Shown in pieces: positions 17,981 through 26,443 of a DNA stretch of 64,000 nucleotides. The position numbers and the translations under genes were made by a program. Under the pieces are notes generated by a model that was not told the origin of the DNA, made no database searches, and worked only from the letters and a program-made list of their open reading frames with translations. How positions within the stretch are numbered: position 1 is the first letter of the stretch; each line of letters starts with the position of its first letter. Source of the DNA: Mycobacteriaceae bacterium (GTDB taxonomy: Bacteria; Actinomycetota; Actinomycetes; Mycobacteriales; Mycobacteriaceae); NCBI GenBank assembly GCA_019245755.1, contig JAFARC010000011.1, forward strand, positions 7,086 to 71,085, given 5' to 3'.

Positions 17981-18481
17981 ATGACCGACGAGCCCGGCCA
18001 CCAGGCATTCGACCAACTCGCAGGGTTGCTGGACTACCCGATGTTCGTGGTAACCACGCGGGCGGGAGAAGAGCTGGGCGGGTGCCTGGTCGGCTTCACC
18101 AGCCAGGTCAGCATCCGTCCGCCCCGGTTCCTGGTCGGGCTGTCCAAACGCAACCACACCTATCGCGTCGCCCGGCGGGCAACACATCTAACCGTGCAGC
18201 TGCTGCCGCGGCGGCACCGCACGCTGGCCCGGTTGTTCGGCGGCGAAACCGGGGATCACACCAACAAATTCGATCGGTGCGCCTGGAACGCGGGGCCGGA
18301 AGGACTACCGGTCCTGGACGGCGCGATCGGATGGTTCACCGGCCGCATCCTCAACCGGTTCGATGTCGGTGATCACGTCGGTTTTCTGCTCGACCCCGTC
18401 GCCGGTCACGCGCCGGAGCGGTTCGACCAGCTCGTCACGTTCTCCGACGTGCGGGACCTGGAACCCGGCCATGAGGCCTGA
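17981..18481 (+). CDS. Flavin reductase-like (FMN-binding split-barrel) protein
   Basis: 166 aa. YPMFVVTT..GCLVGF..S..PPRFLV.. and ..VGDHVGFLL are typical of flavin reductase domain proteins. Confidence 0.7.
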   Translation: MTDEPGHQAFDQLAGLLDYPMFVVTTRAGEELGGCLVGFTSQVSIRPPRFLVGLSKRNHTYRVARRATHLTVQLLPRRHRTLARLFGGETGDHTNKFDRCAWNAGPEGLPVLDGAIGWFTGRILNRFDVGDHVGFLLDPVAGHAPERFDQLVTFSDVRDLEPGHEA

Positions 18482-18513
18482 GGGTCGGCGCACCGACGCT
18501 CGTCGCGGCTCCT

Positions 18514-18876
18514 ATGCTGGCTGGCATGAATCTCGGTCGCCTCCTGATGCGGGCCGCGCCGCTGTTCAACGCCCCGGTGGCGGCGCTGACCCGGTCCCCA
18601 CGGTGGGGCCGGCTGGTCAGCGGCAACATCGCGATGCTGACCTACACGGGACGCAAGTCGGGGCGCACGGTGTCGCTGCCCGTCGGATATCAGCGCCGCG
18701 GCGACGAGGTGACGATCGGCGTGAACATGCCGGACGCCAAGACGTGGTGGCGCAACTTCCTCGGTGATGGCGCCCCACTGTCCCTCGAGCTGGACGGGCG
18801 GGAGCTCGCGGGGCACGGGGTCGCGCAGCGCGACGCCGCGGGGCGCGTCACGGTGCACGTGCGGCTGCAGCGTTAG
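18514..18876 (+). CDS. Small split-barrel protein, DUF385 / deazaflavin-dependent nitroreductase-like
   Basis: MLTYTGRKSGRTVSLPVGY..GDEVTIGV..WWRNF resembles the TTGRKSG..P..Y core of the family. The start may instead be Met5 (18526). Confidence 0.5.
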   Translation: MLAGMNLGRLLMRAAPLFNAPVAALTRSPRWGRLVSGNIAMLTYTGRKSGRTVSLPVGYQRRGDEVTIGVNMPDAKTWWRNFLGDGAPLSLELDGRELAGHGVAQRDAAGRVTVHVRLQR

Positions 18877-19355
18877 ACGGTGAGTTGGCAGGCCTGGCCG
18901 ATGTCGAGGGTGCGCAGCACCCGGCCCATACCAAGCCACAGCGCGCACGACAACGCGAGGTCGGCCAGGATCTCGTCGGAGAACTGCTCACGGCAGCGGG
19001 CCCAGAACTCTTCGTCGTCCCGAAGCCCGGTGTGGTCGGTGGCGAATCGGTGCGCGAACTCCGCCGCGGTGCGTTCCTCGGCGCGGTAGCCCGGCCAGGT
19101 GCGCCACTGGGCTGCGTGCGCGTAGAACTCGTCGTCGAGGCCGGCGGCCCGCCCTTCACCGAACCGGGTGTTGCGGCAGACGGCGCATTCGTTGTCCACA
19201 GCGATTGCCATCCTGGCGATTTCGCGGATCCGCAACGGTAACCGGTTGCGGTGATAGACCGCGTCGCTGAAATGGGCCAGTGCGCCGCCCAATTGCGGTG
19301 AGGACGCGAACCAGCCGGTCAGGTCGTCGTCGGCGTAGTTTCCGATTCGGCTCAT
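18873..19355 (-). CDS. Carboxymuconolactone decarboxylase (AhpD-like) family protein
   Basis: All-helical, 160 aa, with a CAVC (CxxC) motif in ..AVDNECAVCRN... Confidence 0.65.
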   Translation of the reverse strand: MSRIGNYADDDLTGWFASSPQLGGALAHFSDAVYHRNRLPLRIREIARMAIAVDNECAVCRNTRFGEGRAAGLDDEFYAHAAQWRTWPGYRAEERTAAEFAHRFATDHTGLRDDEEFWARCREQFSDEILADLALSCALWLGMGRVLRTLDIGQACQLTV

Positions 19356-19400
19356 GGCCGGATCGTACGCCGCGGCGACCCGATCTCCCGGGCGGAGGGC

Positions 19401-19856
19401 TCAGCGCTTCTGTTCGCCGCGGCCGGTGCCGGCCGTGTGCGACGGGCCAACGGCGTCAGCGTCGCGGTCGGACTCGGGCATCTGGGCGGCGGGTTGTTCC
19501 TCGGCCGGTGAGGCGGTCGCGCCCCCCGGAGTCTGGCCCGGTGCCGGCGACGTGTAGCCGGAACCCGATGCGGGGCCGGTCGCTGCGCCGGTCCTCGCGC
19601 CGCCGGAGGCGCTGGTCATCCTGCCTTCGTAGGGCGGCACCGCGGGCTGGGTGTCCTGCGGCGGCGTGGTGCCGGTGCTGTCGAAGCCGCTCGCATCCTG
19701 CTGGCCGTACGCCGGAACGGTCTCGTCACCCTCATAGGTGGCCGACGGCCGGTCCGTGACGCTGCCGGACGGCCCCGATTCGGCATCCCGCGATCCCTGG
19801 GCGCCGCGTTCCTTCTGGGGTTCTTCCGGTAGATCTGCACCTGGGGTGGTCATCAC
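19401..19856 (-). CDS. Low-complexity Pro/Gly/Thr/Ala-rich hypothetical protein
   Basis: 151-aa ORF co-directional with and 73 bp downstream of the desaturase. Third-position G/C bias supports coding. I recognise no domain. Confidence 0.4.
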   Translation of the reverse strand: MMTTPGADLPEEPQKERGAQGSRDAESGPSGSVTDRPSATYEGDETVPAYGQQDASGFDSTGTTPPQDTQPAVPPYEGRMTSASGGARTGAATGPASGSGYTSPAPGQTPGGATASPAEEQPAAQMPESDRDADAVGPSHTAGTGRGEQKR

Positions 19857-19929
19857 ATCTCCTCACGGCCGCCGCTGCGTTGCGGCGAAGCCAGTTATTG
19901 GCTACCCGTGCGGCGGACCGGGAAAACGA

Positions 19930-21045
19930 TCACGCCGCGGCCGAGTCCTCGGCCCGGACGAACGGGATCAGCTGGCCGAGGCGATCGCGGGGCGGCAGCG
20001 CCAACTTGACGATCTTGCGCAGCACGGTGCCGAACTGGCGTGGCAGCGGCCCGGTGTTGTACGGGATGCCGTAGCGTTCGCAGATCGAACGGACCTGCAC
20101 CGAGATCTCCGCGTGCCGGTGCGCCGGGATGTCGGGGAACAAATGGTGCTCGATCTGAAACGACAGGTTGCCCGACAGCAGGTGAAACAGCTTTGGGCCG
20201 GTGAGGTTGGCCGAGCCGAGGATCTGTCGGAAGTACCACTGGCCACGGGTCTCGTCGGCGGTCTCGTCGATCGAGAACTCCCGGGTGTCCTCGGGGAAAT
20301 GACCGCAGAAGATGATCATGAACGCCCAGACGTTGCGGATCAGGTTAGCCGTCAGGTTGCCGGCGGCCACGAACGGCGCAAACGGCCCGGCCAGCAGCGG
20401 GAAGGCCACGTAGTCCTTGAGCAGCTGGCGCCTGGTCTTGGTCCAGATGCCGTCCAGCACCGTCCGCTTCTCGGCGAGGGTGATCTCACCGGCCCGGATG
20501 CGCTCGGCCTCGAGTTCGTGCAGCGCGACGCCGTACTGGAACAGCACCATCAGCAGGAACGCGTAGACCGGGTTACCCAGGAAGTAGGGACGCCAGCGCT
20601 GGTCCTTGCTCATCCGCAGGATGCCGTAACCGATGTCGCGGTCCATGCCCACGACGTTGGTGTGGGTGTGGTGCAGGTAGTTGTGCGAGTGGCGCCACTG
20701 GTCTGCGGGGCAGGAGGTGTCCCACTCGAACCCCCGGCTGGAGATCGACGGGTCGCCCATCCAGTCGTACTGGCCGTGCATCACGTTGTGGCCGATCTCC
20801 ATGTTGTCGAGGATCTTCGACAGCACCAGCATCGCGGTGCCGGCGATCCAGGCCGGCGGCAGGACGCCCGCCATCAGCAGGCCGCGGCCACCGACCTCCA
20901 GGGCCCGTTGCGCCTTGATGACGCCGCGGATGTAGGTCGCGTCCCGCTCGCCCAGGTCGGCGAGCAGGCGGTCCTTGAGTGCGTCGAGTTCGCGCCCGAA
21001 CGCCTCGGTTTGGTCGGGCGTCAGGGTGATGTCGTTGGTGGACAT
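19930..21045 (-). CDS. desA3: Membrane acyl-CoA (stearoyl-CoA type) desaturase, DesA3-like
   Basis: Histidine boxes EIGHNVMHG, WRHSHNYLHHTHTN and FQIEHHLFP. It lies directly downstream of its ferredoxin-reductase partner, as for DesA3/Rv3230c. Confidence 0.75.
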   Translation of the reverse strand: MSTNDITLTPDQTEAFGRELDALKDRLLADLGERDATYIRGVIKAQRALEVGGRGLLMAGVLPPAWIAGTAMLVLSKILDNMEIGHNVMHGQYDWMGDPSISSRGFEWDTSCPADQWRHSHNYLHHTHTNVVGMDRDIGYGILRMSKDQRWRPYFLGNPVYAFLLMVLFQYGVALHELEAERIRAGEITLAEKRTVLDGIWTKTRRQLLKDYVAFPLLAGPFAPFVAAGNLTANLIRNVWAFMIIFCGHFPEDTREFSIDETADETRGQWYFRQILGSANLTGPKLFHLLSGNLSFQIEHHLFPDIPAHRHAEISVQVRSICERYGIPYNTGPLPRQFGTVLRKIVKLALPPRDRLGQLIPFVRAEDSAAA

Positions 21046-21082
21046 CGAGAGCGCTCCTTTCTGGGAGGATCTGGAGGATCTA

Positions 21083-22138
21083 CTACAAGGCGAGGTCGAC
21101 GTCGCCGAGCGGGACGGACACGCAGATCTGCACGTCCTCCTCGTCGGCGGCCGAAACCGCGCCGGTGGTCAGGTTCTTCACCGCGCCGCGGGTCTTGCGG
21201 CGGGTGCAGCTGTGGCAGATGCCCATCCGGCATCCGCTCTCGGGTGTCAGGCCCGCGGCTTCGGCCTGCTCCAGCAGCGGGCGGCCGTCGTCGGTGCTGG
21301 TGAGGCCGCTTTCGGTGAACGCGACCCGTCCCCCGCCTGCTTCGGCCGGGACGACGAACAACGGCGGGACGAAGCTCTCCGAGGTGACGTTGTCGCAGTG
21401 CCGGCGCACGGACTCGGTCAGCGCCGGCGGCCCGCAGACATACACCGCGTCGGGCGACGGCATCGCCGCGGCGAGGTGATCGGGCCCGAAGTGGCCTTGC
21501 AGGTCGGCGGCGGCCGGGGACCTGGTGTAGCCGTGCAGCACCCGCACGCCGGGCAGCGCGGCCAGCTCCTCGCGGTAGCAGGCCTGCGCCGCCGAGCGGG
21601 CGTAGTGGATGATCGCGACGTCGCCGTCGAACCGTTCGGCGTGCAGGGTGCGAAGCATCGACATGACCGGGGTGATGCCACTGCCGCCCGATACGAACAA
21701 GATGCGTCGCGGGCGGCGGTCGGGCAAGACGAAGTCACCGCCGACGCCGTCGAGGTCAACCACCATTTTAGGTCGAGCGTGCCGATGCAGGAACGTCGAC
21801 ATCAGGCCGCCCTCGTGCAGGCCGACGGTCAGTTCGATCAGCGGAGCGTCCTCGGCGCTGGCCGGTGAATAGCAGCGGGTCCGGCGGCGGCCGTCGATTT
21901 CCACGGTCAGGTTCACGTGCTGGCCGGCGCGAAACCCGGTGAAGGCCCGGTTCGGCTGCAGCGTCAGCGTGACGCTGCGCGCCGTAAGCCTGCGGACCTC
22001 GACGAGCGTGGCGCGGGCATCGGTGCGTGTCCACGTCGGGGCGACCAGCTCGGTGTAGCGGTCCACCCCATGGGGTCCGGTGAGGATGTCCACCAGGCTC
22101 GAGCCCAGCACCCGATTGGCAAGTGTTTGAGTGAACAT
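21083..22138 (-). CDS. Ferredoxin-NAD(P) reductase-type oxidoreductase with C-terminal 2Fe-2S domain (desaturase electron donor, Rv3230c-like)
   Basis: RCYSPAS (RxYS FAD motif), VSGGSGITP (NAD motif) and CRMGICHSC..C (plant-type 2Fe-2S). I prefer the start at Met 22138, because the ORF maximum (22204) would leave only 3 bp to the divergent TetR. Confidence 0.75.
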   Translation of the reverse strand: MFTQTLANRVLGSSLVDILTGPHGVDRYTELVAPTWTRTDARATLVEVRRLTARSVTLTLQPNRAFTGFRAGQHVNLTVEIDGRRRTRCYSPASAEDAPLIELTVGLHEGGLMSTFLHRHARPKMVVDLDGVGGDFVLPDRRPRRILFVSGGSGITPVMSMLRTLHAERFDGDVAIIHYARSAAQACYREELAALPGVRVLHGYTRSPAAADLQGHFGPDHLAAAMPSPDAVYVCGPPALTESVRRHCDNVTSESFVPPLFVVPAEAGGGRVAFTESGLTSTDDGRPLLEQAEAAGLTPESGCRMGICHSCTRRKTRGAVKNLTTGAVSAADEEDVQICVSVPLGDVDLAL

Positions 22139-22199
22139 ATGTATACCGTGCGTGCTGAACCCGCAGGCCGTCAACCGGTCGAGCCAGGTTGTGGTAAGT

Positions 22200-22212
22200 T
22201 TCACATAGTGAA
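22200..22212. promoter_or_regulatory. 13-bp palindrome TTCAC-ATA-GTGAA at the TetR start; candidate TetR operator
   Basis: Read directly. It sits in the unusually A/T-rich TetR / reductase-desaturase intergenic region. An ACATATGT palindrome (22135-22142) overlaps the reductase start. Confidence 0.25.
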
Positions 22213-22879
22213 CGGTCGTACGCCCAGTTCACGGCGGCGTCGCCCCGGCTCCGCTGGAGCCAAGGAGAAGGTCTCCCGCGAGGAGCGCAAGGAAGCGACC
22301 CGCCGGGCCATCGTCGCCGCGGCGCTCAAGCTGCTGGACGAGCGGAGTTTTTCGGCCCTGAGCCTGCGGGAGGTGACCCGGGAGGCCGGGATCGTGCCCG
22401 CCGCCTTCTACCGGCATTTCGAATCGATGGAGGCACTCGGACTGGTGCTGATCGACGAGTCGTTCCGCGCGCTGCGCGACATGCTGCGGTTCGCGCGAGC
22501 CGGCAAGCTGGACCCCAACCGCGTCATCGACTCCTCGGTGGAGATCCTGGTCGCGAGCGTTGCCGAGCAGCGTGAGCACTGGCGCTTCATCGGTCGGGAG
22601 CGGTCCAGCGGCGTGACCGTGCTGCGGTATGCCATCCGCACCGAGATCCGGCTGATCACCTCCGAGCTCGCGACCGACCTGGCGCGCTTCCCGGACCTGC
22701 AGAACTGGAGTACCGAGGACCTGAACATCCTGGCGAGCCTGTTCGTGAACTCGATGATCGTGATCGCCGAGGCGATCGAGGACGCGCAGGACGCGGCGGT
22801 GCTCGAGGAGATCAAGCGGATCGCGATCAAACAGCTCCGGATGATCGCGATCGGTGTCGCGAGCTGGCGCAGCAGCTGA
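22208..22879 (+). CDS. TetR-family transcriptional regulator (divergent from the reductase-desaturase operon)
   Basis: The only in-frame start before the HTH is the GTG at 22208. HTH region: FSALSLREVTREAGIVPAAFYRHFESMEAL. Confidence 0.75.
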   Translation: MNGRTPSSRRRRPGSAGAKEKVSREERKEATRRAIVAAALKLLDERSFSALSLREVTREAGIVPAAFYRHFESMEALGLVLIDESFRALRDMLRFARAGKLDPNRVIDSSVEILVASVAEQREHWRFIGRERSSGVTVLRYAIRTEIRLITSELATDLARFPDLQNWSTEDLNILASLFVNSMIVIAEAIEDAQDAAVLEEIKRIAIKQLRMIAIGVASWRSS

Positions 22880-22943
22880 ATCTGCTTGCGGTATCGCGGG
22901 TTTGCCCAGGTGATTCGGAGCGGGTCTCGGGAATTGGGCTTCG

Positions 22944-25034
22944 GTGACTCGCCGTAGGCTCGGCGTCATGGCCACCACTCCCACGCAGGCACGGCAGGGG
23001 GTGGCCGATCCGGAGTCGGGCAGCGCGATGATCGGAGTGCAGCGGCGCAACCTGATCTTCGTGGCGGTCCTGCTCGGCATGCTGCTGGCCGCCCTCGACC
23101 AGACGATCGTGGCCACCGCGCTGCCCACCGTGGTGGCCGACCTCGGCGGCGCCGGTCACCAGTCCTGGGTGGTGACCAGTTATCTGCTGGCATCAACGAT
23201 CACGACCGCGATCGTCGGCAAGCTCGGTGACGTGTTCGGCCGCAAGACCGTCTTCCAGGCGGCGGTGGTGTTCTTCCTCGCCGGGTCGGTGCTGTGCGGC
23301 TTGTCGCAGTCGATGACCATGCTGGTCGGGTCGCGCGCGTTGCAGGGCGTGGGCGGCGGCGCGCTCATGGTCACCGCGACCGCGCTGATCGGCGAGGTGA
23401 TCCCGCTTCGCGAGCGCGGTCGTTACCAGGGTGCGCTGGGCGCGGTGTTCGGGGTGACAACGGTCGTCGGTCCGCTGCTGGGCGGCTTTTTCACCGACCA
23501 CCTGACCTGGCGGTGGGCGTTTTGGATCAACGTGCCGGTGGCCGTGGTGGTGTTTCTTGTCGCCGCCGCCGCCATCCCCCAGCTGGCCAGGCACGCCAGG
23601 CCGTCGATCGACTACTGGGGGATCGTGTTCGTCGGCATCGGCGCCTCCGGACTGACCCTGGCCACCAGCTGGGGGGGCGGCACTCATCCATGGGGGTCAC
23701 CGATCATCGTCGGCCTGTTCGCCGGGTCGGTCGTCGCCCTGGCGGTTTTCGTGTTGGTCGAGGTGCGCGCGAAGGAGCCGGTGCTGCCGATCCGGCTGTT
23801 CGGCAACCCGGTGTTCGCGGTGTGCTGTGTGCTGTCGTTCGTCGTCGGGTTCGCGATGCTGGGCGCGATGACTTTCCTGCCGACCTTCATGCAGTTCGTC
23901 GACGGGGTGTCGGCGACGACGTCGGGGCTTCGCACACTGCCGATGGTGGTGGGCCTGCTGATCACGTCGATGGGCAGCGGCGTGATCGTGGGGCGCACCG
24001 GTCGCTACAAGATCTTCCCGGTGCTGGGCACGGTGATCATGTGCGTCGGGTTCGTGCTGCTGTCACGGATGGACTCGGCCACCTCGCTGCTGATGCAGTC
24101 GCTGTTTCTCTTCGTGCTCGGGACCGGCATCGGGATGTGCCAGCAGGTGCTGGTGCTGATCGTGCAGAACACCACGGACTTCGCCGACCTCGGCGTGGCC
24201 ACCTCCGGAGTGACCTTCTTCCGGACCATCGGCAGCTCGTTCGGCGCCGCGGTATTCGGTTCGCTGTTCACCAACTTCCTCGGCCATCGCATCGGGCCGG
24301 CGCTGGCGGCCAGCGGCGCCCCTCCGGCGGCCGCGCGGTCGCCCCAGGTCCTGCACCACCTGCCGCACCCGATGGCCGAGCCCATTGTCAACGCCTACGG
24401 CCAGTCACTGGACCTGGTTTTCCTGTTCGCCGCGCCGGTGGCCGTCGTGGGCTTCATCGTCGCGCTGACGCTCAAGGAGGTCCCGTTGCGCGGTGCCGAG
24501 GCTGCCGCCGCGGCCGACCTCGGTGAGGGCTTCGCGATGCCGGCTAGCGAATCCCCCGACAAGCTGCTGGAGATGGCGGTCGGTCGGATGCTGCGCAACC
24601 GCCCGCCGGCTGTCCGGCTGCGTGCGTTGTGCGCACGGGCGGGCTGCCAGCTCGACGTGGCCGGGATGTGGGCACTGCTGCAGATCTACCGGTACGCCCA
24701 GGTCTTCGGCACGGCCCGGCTCGGCGACATCGCCGAGCGACTGCGCGTCCCCCGCGAAGTGCTGGAGCCCACCTTCGATCGTCTGGTGCAGAGCGGGTAC
24801 GCCCTGCACACCGGCGACACGCTCTGGCTCACCCAGGCGGGTCGCCAGCAGGTCGATTTCGTCTCCAACGAGCTCGTTGGCTGGATCAGCGACAACCTGG
24901 CCAAATCGCCGACCTTCGAAGGCAGACCAGATCGCGCCGAGGTCTCAGCGGCGCTGGAACGCATCACGCATCGGGTGCTGGTGCAACGGGATTGGCACGA
25001 AGACCGGGAACTGGTGGCGGCGGGTCGGGGCTGA
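22944..25034 (+). CDS. DHA2 (EmrB/QacA-type, 14-TMS) MFS efflux transporter with a ~185-aa cytoplasmic C-terminal MarR-like winged-helix extension (Rv1877-like)
   Basis: LDQTIVATALP, GKLGDVFGRK and about 14 hydrophobic spans. The C-terminus has ..LGDIAERLRVPREVLEPTFDRLVQSGYALHTGDTLWLTQAGRQQ, a MarR-type wHTH pattern. The start may instead be the ATG at 22968. Confidence 0.85.
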   Translation: MTRRRLGVMATTPTQARQGVADPESGSAMIGVQRRNLIFVAVLLGMLLAALDQTIVATALPTVVADLGGAGHQSWVVTSYLLASTITTAIVGKLGDVFGRKTVFQAAVVFFLAGSVLCGLSQSMTMLVGSRALQGVGGGALMVTATALIGEVIPLRERGRYQGALGAVFGVTTVVGPLLGGFFTDHLTWRWAFWINVPVAVVVFLVAAAAIPQLARHARPSIDYWGIVFVGIGASGLTLATSWGGGTHPWGSPIIVGLFAGSVVALAVFVLVEVRAKEPVLPIRLFGNPVFAVCCVLSFVVGFAMLGAMTFLPTFMQFVDGVSATTSGLRTLPMVVGLLITSMGSGVIVGRTGRYKIFPVLGTVIMCVGFVLLSRMDSATSLLMQSLFLFVLGTGIGMCQQVLVLIVQNTTDFADLGVATSGVTFFRTIGSSFGAAVFGSLFTNFLGHRIGPALAASGAPPAAARSPQVLHHLPHPMAEPIVNAYGQSLDLVFLFAAPVAVVGFIVALTLKEVPLRGAEAAAAADLGEGFAMPASESPDKLLEMAVGRMLRNRPPAVRLRALCARAGCQLDVAGMWALLQIYRYAQVFGTARLGDIAERLRVPREVLEPTFDRLVQSGYALHTGDTLWLTQAGRQQVDFVSNELVGWISDNLAKSPTFEGRPDRAEVSAALERITHRVLVQRDWHEDRELVAAGRG

Positions 25035-25041
25035 GGCTCAC

Positions 25042-25072
25042 GACCGCCGCGGAGACGTTTGGCGGCGGTGTC
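25042..25072 (+). terminator. Stem-loop directly after the MFS stop (CCGCCGC-N11-GCGGCGG); possible intrinsic terminator
   Basis: 7-bp G/C stem at 25044-25050 and 25062-25068. There is no U-tract, which is common for mycobacterial I-shaped terminators. Confidence 0.25.
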
Positions 25073-25216
25073 GCCCGGGGATCCGGCATGCAGCGGCGAG
25101 CGACGATTGGTTGCATCTGATCGCCGCCAGGCGATGGTGGGCGCAACCCGACGTTGAGAAACCAGCGCCCGGCCCCGGCATCGCCGACTTTCGGTTTGGG
25201 CGCGGTGGCAACGGGT

Positions 25217-25660
25217 TCACCCGCTCCCGTACACCCGACTGGCCCTGACCAGAACGACGCTACGTCGCTGTTCGGCCATCACGCGGTCGTAGGTGTCCCA
25301 ATCGTCGTGGGTGCCGCCGGCGGCGGTGAACACCTCGCGCAGCAGCAGCCGCAGCTGCTCGGCGTCGCGCAGCCATGGCGCGGGATCGTCGGGGCCGGCC
25401 AGCTCGGCGTCACCCTCCACGGTCGCATATCGCCAGCCGTTGCGGAACGTGGCGGCGAGCTGCGGCCGGGCCCGCAGGTTGGCCAACTTCACCCGGCCGT
25501 AGGTGACGAACGCCAGCACCTGCTCGCCGGTGCTCGGGTGCGCCATCACCCCGGCGTTGACCAGTGACGCTTGAATCGTCCCGTCGGCGCGGGCGGTGGC
25601 GACCACCGTCAAGCCGTGTTCGTCGGCGGCCAGCGCTACGGCCTCGTCGAGAGTTGTCAT
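25217..25660 (-). CDS. PPOX-class (pyridoxamine-5'-phosphate oxidase fold) probable F420-dependent protein
   Basis: 147 aa. ..LTVVATARADGTIQASLVNAGV.., VTYGRVKLANLRARP and ATVEG are typical of the split-barrel PPOX class. Confidence 0.7.
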   Translation of the reverse strand: MTTLDEAVALAADEHGLTVVATARADGTIQASLVNAGVMAHPSTGEQVLAFVTYGRVKLANLRARPQLAATFRNGWRYATVEGDAELAGPDDPAPWLRDAEQLRLLLREVFTAAGGTHDDWDTYDRVMAEQRRSVVLVRASRVYGSG

Positions 25661-25733
25661 ACCCCGAGGATGCCCGCCGGCGACCGACGGCGCATAGTTG
25701 CGCGGGCGACGGGGACCGAGACAGGCAAGAGGT

Positions 25734-26357
25734 TCAACGGGCCCACTTCGGCACGATGAACACGCCTTCGGCTTCCACCGTCACGCCGTGGGCGTCGGCC
25801 AACCGGCCGACGGCGAACGTCTTGACGCCTTCTGTGCGTCGGACCCACGCCTCCGCGTGCAGCGGCCCGAGCGGGGTGGCGCGCAGGTAGCGACAGCTGA
25901 TGGTGCCGGTGAACGAGGGCTTGGTCAGCCCGCCGCTGGCGACGTCGCCCAGCACATGGTCGAGGACCAGCGCGCACACTCCCCCGTGCACGTGGCCGGG
26001 CGGCCCTTCGTAGGCGGCGCCCAGCACGAAGTCGGCCCAAGCCCTGCCGGAATCGTCGTGCTGCATCGTCAGCGGCGGCGCGATCGGGTTACGCAACCCG
26101 ATCACCGCGTTGCCCCACGCCGTACCCTCGCCTTCGGCGTTGTACCGCACCCCGTACGGTCCCGCCATCTGACTGCCGCGCAGGCGCGCGGTGGCGGCAT
26201 CGACGGCGGCCTGCGCGGCGGCAACCGCGTCCGCGTCCACCTCGGTCCTGATCGTCGCGTCGATCAGTGCGCGCACCGACCGGGTCAACGGCTCGTAGAT
26301 CGCGCGCCGCCGCTCGAGTTCCTCGGAGCTGACGTCGTGGGTCCTGAACTCGATCAT
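25734..26357 (-). CDS. PaaI/hotdog-fold thioesterase-like protein
   Basis: ORF trimmed to the ATG at 26357 (MIEFRTHD..). GHVHGGVCALVLDHVLG is the hotdog-fold catalytic helix signature. Confidence 0.7.
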   Translation of the reverse strand: MIEFRTHDVSSEELERRRAIYEPLTRSVRALIDATIRTEVDADAVAAAQAAVDAATARLRGSQMAGPYGVRYNAEGEGTAWGNAVIGLRNPIAPPLTMQHDDSGRAWADFVLGAAYEGPPGHVHGGVCALVLDHVLGDVASGGLTKPSFTGTISCRYLRATPLGPLHAEAWVRRTEGVKTFAVGRLADAHGVTVEAEGVFIVPKWAR

Positions 26358-26443
26358 CAGCGGATTAGAACACGTTCCAGGCGGACTGTGGGTCCCCGGG
26401 TGCTCGCGCGCAGGTAGGACCGGGGTACGTAAACTGCGGTCTC

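Noticed and set aside
25035-25216. 182-bp convergent intergenic gap, checked for a small gene, an sRNA or a remnant of bfrA (which I recall lying between the Rv1875 and Rv1877 counterparts in M. tuberculosis)
   Set aside because: It holds only 60-aa Arg/Pro-rich ORFs and no ferritin-like helices. It is too short for a gene remnant I can recognise. Only the hairpin at 25042-25072 seems noteworthy.
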